Translations under genes and position numbers: made by a program
Part shown: positions 38,182 through 49,706 of the stretch, piece by piece
How positions within the stretch are numbered: the stretch's first letter is position 1
Layout: each line of letters starts with the position of its first letter
Assembly: GCA_965645245.1 (NCBI GenBank)
Contig: OZ287070.1
Location: forward strand, 1,364,001 to 1,428,000
Direction: 5' to 3'
DNA length: 64,000 nt
Source: Massalongia carnosa
Lineage: Eukaryota
Notes under the pieces: generated by a model
The model's input: the letters and a program-made list of their open reading frames with translations, nothing else
Told to the model about the DNA's origin: nothing
The model's database searches: none

Positions 38182-40870
38182 CGGATCGAATCGCTTTGAC
38201 TACTCTTCGTACACCTCGTACGGAGCCCAGAGTCTTTTTCTTAGATTCGCTATCGCTTTGAATTGGTGATGGAGTCTTTCTTTTGAGCTGGTTTATAACC
38301 TTTTCGGGGTATAGTGAGTAAACCGCAGTAGTAGCGAAAGCTGAGCGCATATTTTCGAAGCTTAGGGCTGTTTTTCATGCCGTACGGAACATAGACCTAA
38401 AGTTACGCTTAGTAACTCGAGAGAAGCCCTGGCTCGACTGGATCAAATTGTCAATTTGGTTCGAATAGGCGGTAGAGAGCGGTGAGAAGATTCCAACATC
38501 CAGGGGCTGTAACCGATGTATAGAGTGCGGGGGCAAAATAACTAGAATAATCCCATGATTATCGCATAATTCGATAAACTTCATGTTTACATAGCTCGAA
38601 TGACCATCCATAATCAATAGACGCCTAGCGTTAGCTGCCTTTTTACGCGTAATCGGTTCGAAAAGCTTTGAAAGCCAGGAAAGCCCCAGTTCTTCATTGG
38701 TCCAGCCTATTTTAGATACAGCAAAGTAAGCTTTATCTGATAAGCAGTCATAATCTTCGAGCCAGGTATCTTGTAGATCGTACGAATCCCCCTGGTAGAT
38801 CAAAGCTGGTGTTAGAGCGCTACCGTCGGCGCAAATCGTAGCCAAAAGAGAGATAAACTCACGAGATCCGTCCTGACTCGAACCGAGCGTCTTTTTGCTT
38901 CGAAGGTGATCATCGGTACGATAGGCTTCATAGTACGACATATATCATAGGAAGCCTTTTTTATCGAAGCTGTATATATTCGAGGGCTTAATGTGGTATT
39001 TTTCGATCTTCTCCTGGAGCTAACGTAACTCACTGGGCAACGGGACAAACTGGGCAACGAGACTAACTAAATTTCGCTTAATTTCTACTGCCTCCCTCTC
39101 ACCCGTTTTACATACAAATTCGGCTTCAATGTCTATTAGACGTGAAATTGATATTTTGTCTGCATGAAACCTAATCACATTTTACGTGGTTGACGTACAA
39201 TTCGACCCCGTCTGGTAGTTTGAATGTTCTTCACCTCCTCCACCACCTCTACCTCTACCTCCACCTCTACCCCCCCACTCACCTCCACCTCCTCCACCCC
39301 CTCTACCTATTCTATCATTGGTTGAAGCACGGGAGGAGGTAGTAATCGTCTTTGAAAAGAACAAATAGTCTAATTTGTGAACTATCATATGCTTTCTGAG
39401 GACTTTTCTGAGGACTTTTCGTCGAAGATGCAGTAGACGTTTGTCCTAGTAAATCAGGTTCAAATCGACACATTTCCCTGAAAGTTTGATAAGGTACTGC
39501 TCAGCTCGTTTCAGCTGAGCGGCCTTCTTTTTTTCGTCTTTCACTTTTTGTTTATCTTTAGCCCATTGCTGTCTTTGTTGAACGTCTTCAAGGCTTAGAA
39601 CTCGAGCCTTTCCTCCATAGTTAGCCCCGCTACGATTGGCTCGATAATGGCGCCGTACATTGGCCTGAAGAAGCTCGTTGTTGGTGATACGTAATAAGGT
39701 AGAGTCTGCGAAGGCATATTTAGCGCTCGAACGGGAGTCGTGTCTGATTCTTCAGTATTTCGAATTCGACGAATCAGTTGATTTATTTGATCGATATTTG
39801 CAGGTGTCTTTTCAATTTCGTGAGAGTTTTGAAGGGTTGTCGGAGTGTTAGGATGAGAGGAGGTGATATTCGTGGTGGTGGTAGTAGTAGTGGTGGTAGT
39901 GGTGGTAATGATGCTATCAGTCTTTCGCAATACCGATTGTTTATTAGTGAGTTTTTAAAGAACTGATGACGGATTGTATGGTACTAATCCGGTTGCTCTC
40001 TATGCAGTCAACACGTTTTTTGTATTGATTGCTTCTTTTCATGCTTTTTGAATGATCTTCAGAAAATCCACCTTGTCAACTGAATAGACGTTGAATCGGG
40101 TGACGACCTCTAATTGTTTTTTGTACTCCCGTGATAAGGGCCCAAAAACACTCACGTCCAGAGGTTGCAAAATATGGGTAGTATGTAGAGGTAGACACAA
40201 AAGAATGATATTCTTTTCGTTGCAAAACTTGATGAATTCGGTAGAAATATGGGAAGCATGATCATCTACTATAAGAAGTCGATATTCACCGTGTAGATAT
40301 TTTGCAGTAGCAGGTTCAAAATACTTTTTCAACCAATCAAGACCTAGTTTATTGTCTGTCAATCCGTTTTCGCTGGTAGCTATTTCAGTATCAATGTCCT
40401 CCAGTGCATCGTACCAGGCCATTTGCTTGTTGACTCCTTTGAAGATGACGAAAAGAGGTAAACTTCGACCGGTAGTACAAATGGACTCGATCAATAACAC
40501 CTATTCTCGATTACCTGACTATGCTGAAAAGGCTTGCTTTTCGTGCTTAGAAATTACTACTTTAGCACTAGCAGCTACCCCTATCATGAATCCCTTCTCG
40601 TCCATATTGTAGATGTCTTCATCAAGAATTCCGTGATTTTCTTTCATGGAAAGGAAAAGGTCAAACCAGTGATGAAATATCTCTTCATTCTCAGCGAATA
40701 ATCGTTCTTGATCTAGTGTGCGACTGTATTTAGCCTGCAGATCGGGATGACGATATAAAAAATACTGTTGCCAATTGACTCCTAGCACAGTATGATTCCC
40801 CCTTGCTCGTAGTAATTCTATGTCTATCTGACGTAGCTGAGCTATTTTAGCAGGCCAGCCCTAGGCGTAC

Positions 40871-41441
40871 TGTGACGAAGCGAGATAGTGAATAGATTTC
40901 TACCATTGCGCCACCTGTCCTTCCCGACCAAAAGGCACAATACTTAGTCCGCAGACCAAGCTCTATTCTACTATAACTGGGTATCCTGCTATGTTTGCTG
41001 TAGGTCCTGCCGTCCGCACCACGCTTGGTCGAACCGTTACACTACCGCCCGTCTAGCTGCGGCTAGCCCCTAGCCGCTTCCAGTTATAGTTAGCCCCGAA
41101 GAATGGGCTCTTCTTAGCGTACCGCCCTCGCCGATCCGACTTAGAGAGTTTTCATCCAACGCTTTCCCGTTTCGTCCTAGCTTCAGTCCGTCGAAGCAAG
41201 GCGAAAAAGCGAGGAACTCATGTCAGGAATCGAACTCACGACTAGTACACCGATTGATGACTAAGTATTCTGTGACGAAGCGAGATAGTGAATAGATTTC
41301 TACCATTGCGCCACCTGTCCTTCCCGACCAAAAGGCACAATACTTAGTCCGCAGACCAAGCTCTATTCTACTATAACTGGGTATCCTGCTATGTTTGCTG
41401 TAGGTCCTGCCGTCCGCACCACGCTTGGTCGAACCGTTACA
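40871..41441 (-). mobile_element. TRIM-like non-autonomous LTR element (171-bp LTRs, 229-bp internal region)
   Basis: LTRs 40871-41041 and 41271-41441 appear identical; TSD CGTAC; purine-rich tract before the 3' LTR on the minus strand. Confidence 0.93.
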
Positions 41442-41729
41442 CGTACAGTTGTAAAATCCAGTTGTTTAAAGCGTCTTCCTCTTCGGGGGTCAGCAGTTGT
41501 TTAGTTTAATCAGACGTAAATCGTGATTGACGACCCTGAATGCGGGTATAAAGGGTAGACTTTGAAATATCATATAGAAAAGCTGCCTTCGTAATAGAAA
41601 GAGCTCTATCGGCCTGTTTCCAGGCCAAAAAGGCTGACTGTAATCGTTGTTGATAGGTAGAGGTGGGGTGAAAACATGAAGGAATGGAGGTCTCGTGGGA
41701 GGTGGTTTTTTTACCTACACCCATGATTA

Positions 41730-42017
41730 TGTCAGGTCACGCACGTCCTGATATAAGCGAATCGGTAGTTATAACCGATCTCCGATCTCCGACTAGGACA
41801 CGGCTCGTGTTCGTATTCTTCTTTTCATTGTACAAATCATAATCACTGTACTTAAACCAACGGACTTGCGACCCGAAGAAGTGGGGCTATAGGATAAAGA
41901 CCTGATTGCCTACTTCTTTCGAGGGGTCTCTGATTAATTTATTGATTTACTACTCTCTATTTGTATATTCATCAAGAATCCATATAGTAGTCACGCTGTT
42001 AGACTTGACCCATTACA
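41730..42017 (+). mobile_element. Solo LTR (288 bp)
   Basis: TG...CA, TSD GATTA; homologous to 51899-52708. Confidence 0.88.
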
Positions 42018-42146
42018 GATTATAAAGTTTCAAAATGATGAATATAATCTACTGTAATGTCTGAAGCTGAATTTGTATGTTATATGTATGTAATAAAGGC
42101 TTCATCACCTAGAGTGGTCAAAAAGTGATGATTTCGGAATCACTTA

Positions 42147-42263
42147 GTCCCGTTGCCTAGTTTGTCCCGTTGCCCAGTTTGTCCCGTTACCCAGTTTGTC
42201 CCGTTGCCCAGTTTGTCCCGTTGCCCAGTTTGTCCCGTTGCCCAGTTTGTCCCGTTGCCCAGT
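42147..42263 (+). repeat. 7 x 17-bp tandem repeat GTCCCGTTGCCCAGTTT in the pogo-2 terminus
   Basis: Direct reading; only two units at the other end. Confidence 0.92.
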
Positions 42264-42754
42264 GAGTTAAGTTAGGGGGTCTATGGTCAGTTCAGCGGCA
42301 TAAGCATAGTCTATAGAGAAATGAGGGTAAATAGGCTAGTACGACTGTAAAGTAATGTTTAAAATGCTTAAAATTATCCGCAATATACCTAGATCGGTCG
42401 ATATTGCGTAGATATACGCTTGTAAGCTCATTTTCGTAGCGCTCTAGAAATCGATAGACCCAGCACTTCCCGAGGTGCTTTCTCACGAACTCCACAACCA
42501 GATTTTCGATTATTTGAGGAGTGGTATAAATACCCCGGTCCGAAAGCTTTCGAATATGCCCAATGAGGACCGATTATTGAGCATTGGTTAGTAGCTTATG
42601 ATTTCAAGAGTGAGCTTCGGCGCTCGAGACGGTTTCGCCTTTGAAGCGACGCGTTAAGGTCAAACGAGGTACGCTATGCTTTTTAGCAGTAGTAGCAAAA
42701 TTAGGAGCTTTCTGGGCTTTTAAATCAATAATCGCTTCCTGAATAGCTACTTCG

Positions 42755-43273
42755 TATTGGAATTTGCCGAGATACCTGAATATTTGCGACCGAGGTTCTT
42801 CTGCCTCCTGCTTACTAATTTCCAGATTAGGCAATCATATGTTATATGCGAAAAGCTTAGGATATCAGCACGACTTCGGAAACCACGAGGAGGCAAATGT
42901 ATGTAGCAAAAATGCTACATATCGGAGGCAATTCAGCTGTTTATTATTATTAAGTGTCTCGATCTCTCCGGTCAGCAATAAGGTGTATTTTTCCCAGCTG
43001 AAAAAGTTCAAAGGAAGCAGGTTTATGTATTTTATATAGGCCGAGATGGAAAACTTCAAGCAGTATAAAGAGACGATGATTCCTTATATAATTTAGCTAT
43101 TTAGTCGTTCAAAATTCAGTTCAGCAGATAGCTGAATTTGGAGTAGCTTCACTGGAAATACAGAGTACCTGCATCACGTTTGCCAAGCACTTCTCTTTAT
43201 CTATCCTTGATAGCCCTAGACCCTCTTCTCTAGCATCCCGCTGCCGTATGCCTGGTTGATTTTTTGTTTAATA
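42755..43273. mobile_element. Solo LTR (519 bp; copia-type TGTTG...CAACA ends, mutated)
   Basis: TSD CTTCG; inverted homologue at 52085-52603. Confidence 0.85.
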
Positions 43274-44544
43274 CTTCGTTGACCATATTAGACCAATTGG
43301 AATATTATGGGTTAATTTTGGTGGGTGTATTTATCCGGTGATAAGAATACGTTATAGGAGTTCAAGTCCTATTCAAAAAAAGATACAGGGTACAGGAGAT
43401 CAGAGGTTATCACAGATGATCAGACTATGTCGACCGTAGCGATATCCCGTATCGCTAAATATATCGAGGTAGATGTCAGGGTTCTAGCCTAATATAAGGC
43501 TGAGATTGAAATGGCGATCGCGGGAGAGCGCGAGGCTACGCGACACTCGGTGCAGATATTTCTAGCGAGTTGCACACAATGATTCTTTTTCTTCTTTGTA
43601 GATATATTTTGGTTTAATACCGGTTGTTTAGAATCGACGACAGCTTCCTTACAGTAGATTTCCTCTTCAGGTAGACTGATCACGTCTGATCACGTCTGAT
43701 TACTCTTCCTTAACATCAACGCTGATGTGTTCATAATATTTAATAAGATTCTCCAGTCCTACTCCTTCTTGTATTGTCTGTCAGGACTCGGGTGTGGGAG
43801 CAATAAATCCAACGGCTCTTTCCGACCGAAGCTTCGGAGATAAGCTTCTAGAGCCGGATAGAAACTTCGAGAAGAAGGGCAAACGAGGCATATAGATTTC
43901 ACATTCTTCTTTGTAGATAGATTTCTCTTCTTCATGCTTAGTCTCTTAATATGACGAAGCGAGATAGTAAATAGATTTCTACTATTCCGCCACCTGTCCT
44001 TCCCGACCATAAGGCACAATTGTAATAGGGTAGGCCTAGTATGCGTTCATTGAACGTAAGACTGGCCTATGTGGCTATGTGGGATACGTACAGCCAAAAC
44101 AACCACCAAGACAATAAGGTCCCGCCTAACCCAGTTAGGCATAGTGTGGGGACTTAACTTATTATGGAGGTGTTTTCGTAGTACACGAAGTATCCCCTCG
44201 CCTCGCCTCACCTCCCCTAGCTCACCTGCCTAGTCTTATCTACCCGTGTCTTTCGGTGTCCGAAGTATTTCGGAGTCCGAAAATACCAGATTGTATAGGC
44301 AAGGTATGGAAGAAGAGCTTAGGTTATGGATTGTCCTATCCTATATAGATCAATGATCAAGCACTTTAAAAGGGTAGCATTAAGTCTACCCTTTGACCCG
44401 ACCCAACCTATTTGTACCTCTATTGTGACCATCACGTTGTGTAGCCCCTGTGGATCCCATCTTCCAGTAGTGAATGCCTGCTGGGAGAAGGTCTCCCCGT
44501 TTCAATTCTAAATGCTCTATATATCTCCGGATTAGCACGATCCG

Positions 44545-45891
44545 GTGGTCGCAATAAGGGTGCTGCTTTTTACCGCTTTCGCCATCCAGCACCATTTGGC
44601 CTTTCGTCGTTCAGGCCAAACTTCCTCATCGATTCTTCCATGGCCACCCGCAGCCAGTCCGCTGCAATTAGGGCCTCAATGGATCCTTCTCTCCTCGGCA
44701 CCTCCGGTGCTTCAGCTAAATTCAGCCAATGCATCTGGTGCTCCGCCGTCTAGTGGCCCACTTCCTGTCGGCCCGCACGGCTCCTCCCGTCCTTCCTCTG
44801 GCACGTCAGCTACCACAGTGACTCTGACTGCCGAGCAATGGGCTGCTATCCAGTCTACCCTGGACCAAATCAACCAGGGCCAGGGCCGAACTCCCTCTCG
44901 GTCTGCTCGCCGATCTCGATCGGCCCCACGATCTCCTCGGGCACCCCAGTCGCCTGAGAGGTCATCCAGGCGGAATAGTCATCATACCCGCCGGGACTCT
45001 CGCTCTCGCTCGCCCGGCCATTACCATCGCCGCCGGTCACCTTCGCGTGACTACTCAAACCGCCGTTATGACGGCGCTTCTCGTCCCTTACTGAAACCCA
45101 AGGTTCCTGACATATACAAGGGAAGTAGTCACAAGGAGCTGCATGAGTTCGCTCGTCAGTGTCACGAGTACTTCAAGACTGCACGGGCGCATCCCGACGA
45201 TTCTTCCTCCGTCTCTTTCGCGGCTTCCTTTCTTCGCGGAGAGACTGTTGGCCATGTATGGTCAGAATACGTCAAGACATTGCCGCTTGATTACGACCCA
45301 CCCTGGGCCGAATTCTTAAAGGTCCTCCGGGATGACCTTGGCAACGAGAAGACCTTCGTGAACAAAACCTGGGGAAAGTTCTTTAGTTTTGTTCAGCGCC
45401 CTGGAGACAACGTACGCACATTTAGCGTACAGCTTCAACAATTGTGCTCCGTTCTTCAGGAGTATGACCTTCATTTCCCCCGCGAGTCCGACATGATTCG
45501 CCGCGCTCGAGATGCTCTGCGTCCTGAGATTAAGTCAGCCCTTTACAACATGGTTGACAATGCGAGCACCTACTCGCAATTCGTCGCTCTCGCAATGCAG
45601 GCCGAGGCATCCGTTAATATGCACACCTCGACCAAGAACTCCTCACATCGCGACTCTCGTCGCGATAAGTCAAGGGATGCCTCGCAAACTCGATCGTCGA
45701 AGACTCAGGGTAAGAATCACAGACGTGGCAAGGGTAACAACAAGCCTACCGAATCTTCCGGCACCTCTGCCAACAAGACGCCTGCCACTGGCGCCAACGC
45801 AGAGCCTCCTGCCGAAGTCACCTGCTATAGATGCGGTGAAAAAGGGCATATCTCTACCCACTGCACCAATCCTCCCAAGCCAAAAAACTAG
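44545..45891 (+). CDS. gag: Gypsy 1 Gag with CCHC knuckle (start uncertain)
   Basis: CYRCGEKGHISTHC. Confidence 0.88.
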   Translation: MVAIRVLLFTAFAIQHHLAFRRSGQTSSSILPWPPAASPLQLGPQWILLSSAPPVLQLNSANASGAPPSSGPLPVGPHGSSRPSSGTSATTVTLTAEQWAAIQSTLDQINQGQGRTPSRSARRSRSAPRSPRAPQSPERSSRRNSHHTRRDSRSRSPGHYHRRRSPSRDYSNRRYDGASRPLLKPKVPDIYKGSSHKELHEFARQCHEYFKTARAHPDDSSSVSFAASFLRGETVGHVWSEYVKTLPLDYDPPWAEFLKVLRDDLGNEKTFVNKTWGKFFSFVQRPGDNVRTFSVQLQQLCSVLQEYDLHFPRESDMIRRARDALRPEIKSALYNMVDNASTYSQFVALAMQAEASVNMHTSTKNSSHRDSRRDKSRDASQTRSSKTQGKNHRRGKGNNKPTESSGTSANKTPATGANAEPPAEVTCYRCGEKGHISTHCTNPPKPKN

Positions 45892-48800
45892 CTGTCGCCG
45901 GCGTTACTTCCGAACCGGTGACTGACCCTAGGGAGGCAATTGCCAAGCATGCGCCCCGTTTGCAAAGAGAACCCTATATGTTGTACGACATCCAGATGGT
46001 GAAGGATCTTTCTAGTCGGAAAGCCTTGATCGATTCTGGTAGCGAAGTCAATGCTATCGCTCCAGAGTTGGTTCGATCTTTAGGTCTTCCGACCCTGCAT
46101 ACCAATTGGGGTGCGGCTACGATAGATGGCTCTCGGTTGACTACCCATGGCATGGTGTTAGCCAAATTCTCTGTTGATGACAAGCTCGAACGAACTCGCT
46201 GGTTCGAGGAGACTTTTCTAATAGCAAACGTCTCTCATGATGTTGTGTTGGGGATGCCTTTTCTGAAACTCGGCAACCCGGACGTCCACTTCGCTGAAGG
46301 GTCTCTCACTTGGAGAGATTATTCTGTCTCGACTTCTTTGCCGACCGAAAGGCGCATTGAGTTAGTTGAGCCGGAGACCTTCGCAGAGGATGCTCGGGAT
46401 GATAAGTCCGCTTGCTTTGTCGTACAAGTAGCCGCCATTCTTGATGCGTTGGACGACGCTAGGCGCGTGAACCTACAGGCTATTTCGACTACGGAGGAGA
46501 TCAAGCTCCCTGTGGAATACGCCGATTATGAAGGGGTATTCTCTGCGGAGAAAGCTGACGAGTTGCCGTCGCTGACCCCGGATGATCACAGAATCGTCCT
46601 AGAGGAGGGCAAGTCGCATCCTCATGGGCCTATCTATAGCCTCGGTCCCACGGAGTTAGAAGCTCTAAGGGGTTATATCGAAGTTAACCTCAATAACGGG
46701 TTCATCAGACCGTCGACTTCTCCTGCGGGGGCGCCTATCCTCTTTATTAGGAAGCCCAGCGGAGGATTGCGGCTATGCGTCGACTACAGGGGTCTCAACA
46801 ATATAACGATTAATAACCGTTACCCCCTGCCGTTAGTAGGCGAGGCCCTAGATAGGCTCGGCCGAGCGAAGGAGTATACCCAGCTTGATCTCATCCATGC
46901 GTACCATAGGGTGCGAATAGCAAAGGGAGACGAGTGGAAGACTGCCTTTCGAACTCGCTATGGCCATTTCGAATATCAGGTTATGCCCTTTGGGCTTTCC
47001 AATGCACCAGCGACGTTTCAAGCTTTGATTAACAAGGTACTCGCTGAAAAACTTGATGTTTTTTGCATTGTCTATTTAGACGATATTCTCATTTACACTG
47101 AAGAGACTGGTTCAGCGCACACTGATGCGGTTAAGTGGGTGGTTGAACAGTTACGAAAGCACGGCCTGTATGCCAATTTGCAGAAGTGCCGTTTCAGTCA
47201 GAAAGAGGTTCGCTTTCTTGGGTATATTATTTCACCTGAAGGTATTCGGATGGAGAATGATAGGATAGAGAGCGTGCGCAGCTGGCCTAGACCCCAGTGC
47301 GTTCGCGATATTCAAGTCTTTATAGGCTTTGCCAATTTTTACCGCCGGTTCATCAAAGGGTTCAGTAAGATCGCTAGGCCTTTGACCGCGATGCTGAAGA
47401 CGACGGGCCCTAAGATGCCGAAATCGGACCCGTTTCTGACTGCTGAGGCGTTAGTAGCGTTCGATCAACTGAAGGGGGCCTTTGTCACGGCCCCAGTCCT
47501 CAGGCATTTCGATGCGGAGCGACATATACGCGTGGAGACTGATGCATCTGGGTATGCCATCGGTGGGATACTATCACAAAAGGACGATGAGAGTCATTGG
47601 CATCCAGTAGCCTACTTTTCTAGGAAGATGATTCCCGCGGAGCGTAATTATGAAACGCATGACGCGGAGTTGCTGGCCATTGTCGAGGCTTTTAGGCATT
47701 GGAGGCATTATCTCGAAGGCAGCACTCATGAAGTCCTAGTTCTCACCGACCACAACAACCTAAAACGGTTCATGGATACCAAACGACTCGGCGGACGCCA
47801 GATCCGTTGGGCGCAGGAGCTCTCCCGGTATAACTTTCGGATTGACTATCGTCAGGGTTCTCACAACCCCGCACACGCCTTATCTCGCCCCGCCCAGGCT
47901 GAGGCGGATGACGATGAGTTAATAGTTGAGAATAGGCAGATATTGCACCGCTTGCAGGATTCTTTGCTGTTGAACGAGCCCGTGACCATTCGGGCCTGCA
48001 AGGCATTAAGCCAACCTAAGAAGCCCCGCGAGCGTGACTACTCGCAGGTGTATAGGAAAATGATGTTAGAGGTGATTATCTGTGGGACTGCGGTGGTCCC
48101 GGACCTCGTCAAGTCATGGGCTGTTATAAGGGCAGTCGTGGCTGAAGAGGGTCCCTACACTGCAATCGGTTCATTACTTCCACGTCTTCCTGAGTTGCTT
48201 GCGGAAGACAAGGGCGCCCAGGCTGTACGGAAGAGGCTAGCTACCTCCGAAGTTAATGCGTTTTCTGGTGTTTCGGGCGAGCCCTGGAAGGAGTCCGGGG
48301 ATGTCTTATATTATGAAGGCAAGCCTTATATCCCCGAGACGTTACGAACTGAGATAATGGCGCGCCATCATGATGACCCCTTGGCGGGGCCTTTAGGCAT
48401 TGAAAAGACCCAGGAGTTGCTGACTCGGAAATACCACTGGGACACTATCAAGGTGGACGTTGAAAAGTACGTGGATGCGTGTGACGTATGCATGAGGTCG
48501 AAGTCGCAGCGGCATAAGCCGTATGGGAGTCTCCAGTCCCTGCCGATTCCCTCGCATAAGTGGAAAGACATTACGATGGACTTCGTTACAGGGCTCCCGC
48601 GCAGTTGCGACTGGCGTGGAGTAGGATATGACTCCATCCTCGTCATTGTTGACTGCCTGGCGAAGATGGTCCATTACGAAGCAGTGATGAAAACGCTGAC
48701 GGCTGAAGGCCTCGCGGAAGTAATTATGGATTCGGTCGTGAGATACCATGGGCTCCCTGACTCTATAGTTACAGACCGTGGCTCCCTGTTCACATCGCAG

Positions 48801-49706
48801 TTCTGGCCCTCGCTGTGCTATTTTGTTAGCATTAAGAGGCGTCTCAGCACTGCTTTTCACCCACAAACTGACGGCCATACAGAGCGTCAGAATAGCACGT
48901 TGGAGGCGTACCTCCGGTCCTTTGTCTCATTCGAGCAGGACAACTGGGTGCAGTATCTGCCCATGGCTGAGTTCGCCTTCAATAACTCCAAGCACTCTAG
49001 CACCGGGTTGACTCCTTTCGAGTTGAACTGCGGTTATCATCCGCGGATGAGCTATGAGGATGAGCTGGAGCCCCGTTCGCGGTCTAGGGCGGCGGGGGCT
49101 GAGGTCGCGGAACTCAAAGAGCTTATGGACCTGTGCAAGGCAAACCTTAGAGGTGCACAAGAGTCTCAAGCTCGCTACCATAACAAGGCTACAAAGGATC
49201 GTGTGTACAGCCCCGGCGAGTCAGTTTGGTTGGATGGCAAGCACTTTAACACGAAGAGGAATAGGAAGCTTGGACACAAGTTCCTAGGTCCATTCATGGT
49301 TATTGAGCCGATTGGCAAGCAAGCCTATCGCATCCAACTGCCGCCGCGTTGGCGAATCCACGATGTCTTTCTTGTGTCTCTTCTGGAGAAGAATGGCACT
49401 AAGAAGGGGGGAGTCGATAAAGAATTAGCGGAGCAGATAGAGTTCAATGAAAATGAACCAAAGGAGTACGAGGTCGAGAGTATTCAAGATTCGGCTGTCT
49501 ATGCTAGGGAGTCGGAGGACGGGAGACCTGTAGGGCTTTATTATCTGATCCATTGGAAAGGATACCCTGAGTCTGAGGATAGCTGGGAACCGTATGCGGC
49601 CATCAAGCATTTACGCAAGATGGTGAGGTTATTCCATAGGATAATCCTTCAAAATCCACCGCAAGCGGAACCCCAGTCGATTCAGGTCCTCCACGTCCTC
49701 CTCTAG
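45885..49706 (+). CDS. pol: Gypsy 1 Pol (PR-RT-RNaseH-IN-chromodomain), in the -1 frame relative to Gag
   Basis: LIDSGS, YLDD, TDAS, HHCC, GPF, chromodomain YLIHWKGY. Confidence 0.95.
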   Translation, partial: KLAVAGVTSEPVTDPREAIAKHAPRLQREPYMLYDIQMVKDLSSRKALIDSGSEVNAIAPELVRSLGLPTLHTNWGAATIDGSRLTTHGMVLAKFSVDDKLERTRWFEETFLIANVSHDVVLGMPFLKLGNPDVHFAEGSLTWRDYSVSTSLPTERRIELVEPETFAEDARDDKSACFVVQVAAILDALDDARRVNLQAISTTEEIKLPVEYADYEGVFSAEKADELPSLTPDDHRIVLEEGKSHPHGPIYSLGPTELEALRGYIEVNLNNGFIRPSTSPAGAPILFIRKPSGGLRLCVDYRGLNNITINNRYPLPLVGEALDRLGRAKEYTQLDLIHAYHRVRIAKGDEWKTAFRTRYGHFEYQVMPFGLSNAPATFQALINKVLAEKLDVFCIVYLDDILIYTEETGSAHTDAVKWVVEQLRKHGLYANLQKCRFSQKEVRFLGYIISPEGIRMENDRIESVRSWPRPQCVRDIQVFIGFANFYRRFIKGFSKIARPLTAMLKTTGPKMPKSDPFLTAEALVAFDQLKGAFVTAPVLRHFDAERHIRVETDASGYAIGGILSQKDDESHWHPVAYFSRKMIPAERNYETHDAELLAIVEAFRHWRHYLEGSTHEVLVLTDHNNLKRFMDTKRLGGRQIRWAQELSRYNFRIDYRQGSHNPAHALSRPAQAEADDDELIVENRQILHRLQDSLLLNEPVTIRACKALSQPKKPRERDYSQVYRKMMLEVIICGTAVVPDLVKSWAVIRAVVAEEGPYTAIGSLLPRLPELLAEDKGAQAVRKRLATSEVNAFSGVSGEPWKESGDVLYYEGKPYIPETLRTEIMARHHDDPLAGPLGIEKTQELLTRKYHWDTIKVDVEKYVDACDVCMRSKSQRHKPYGSLQSLPIPSHKWKDITMDFVTGLPRSCDWRGVGYDSILVIVDCLAKMVHYEAVMKTLTAEGLAEVIMDSVVRYHGLPDSIVTDRGSLFTSQFWPSLCYFVSIKRRLSTAFHPQTDGHTERQNSTLEAYLRSFVSFEQDNWVQYLPMAEFAFNNSKHSSTGLTPFELNCGYHPRMSYEDELEPRSRSRAAGAEVAELKELMDLCKANLRGAQESQARYHNKATKDRVYSPGESVWLDGKHFNTKRNRKLGHKFLGPFMVIEPIGKQAYRIQLPPRWRIHDVFLVSLLEKNGTKKGGVDKELAEQIEFNENEPKEYEVESIQDSAVYARESEDGRPVGLYYLIHWKGYPESEDSWEPYAAIKHLRKMVRLFHRIILQNPPQAEPQSIQVLHVLL

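Larger units (their letters stand above)
39023..42272 (-). mobile_element. Degenerate pogo/Fot1-like transposon 2
   Basis: TIR AC(G/T)TAACTCACTGGGCAACGGGACAAACTGGGCAACG, TA flanks; YNMDEKGF and QPLDV fragments. Confidence 0.88.
36226..43352 (-). mobile_element. Degenerate pogo/Fot1-like transposon 1, interrupted by four direct insertions
   Basis: Imperfect TIRs containing TTATCACCGGAT, TA flanks; transposase fragments 43286-42340 (HTH) and 39020-37450 (LIMDGH, QPLDVG). Confidence 0.75.

Noticed and set aside
41150..41200. Hammerhead-like CTGAAG...GGACGAAAC in the TRIM (retrozyme idea)
   Set aside because: Core is not CUGANGA and no helix I or II partner is visible
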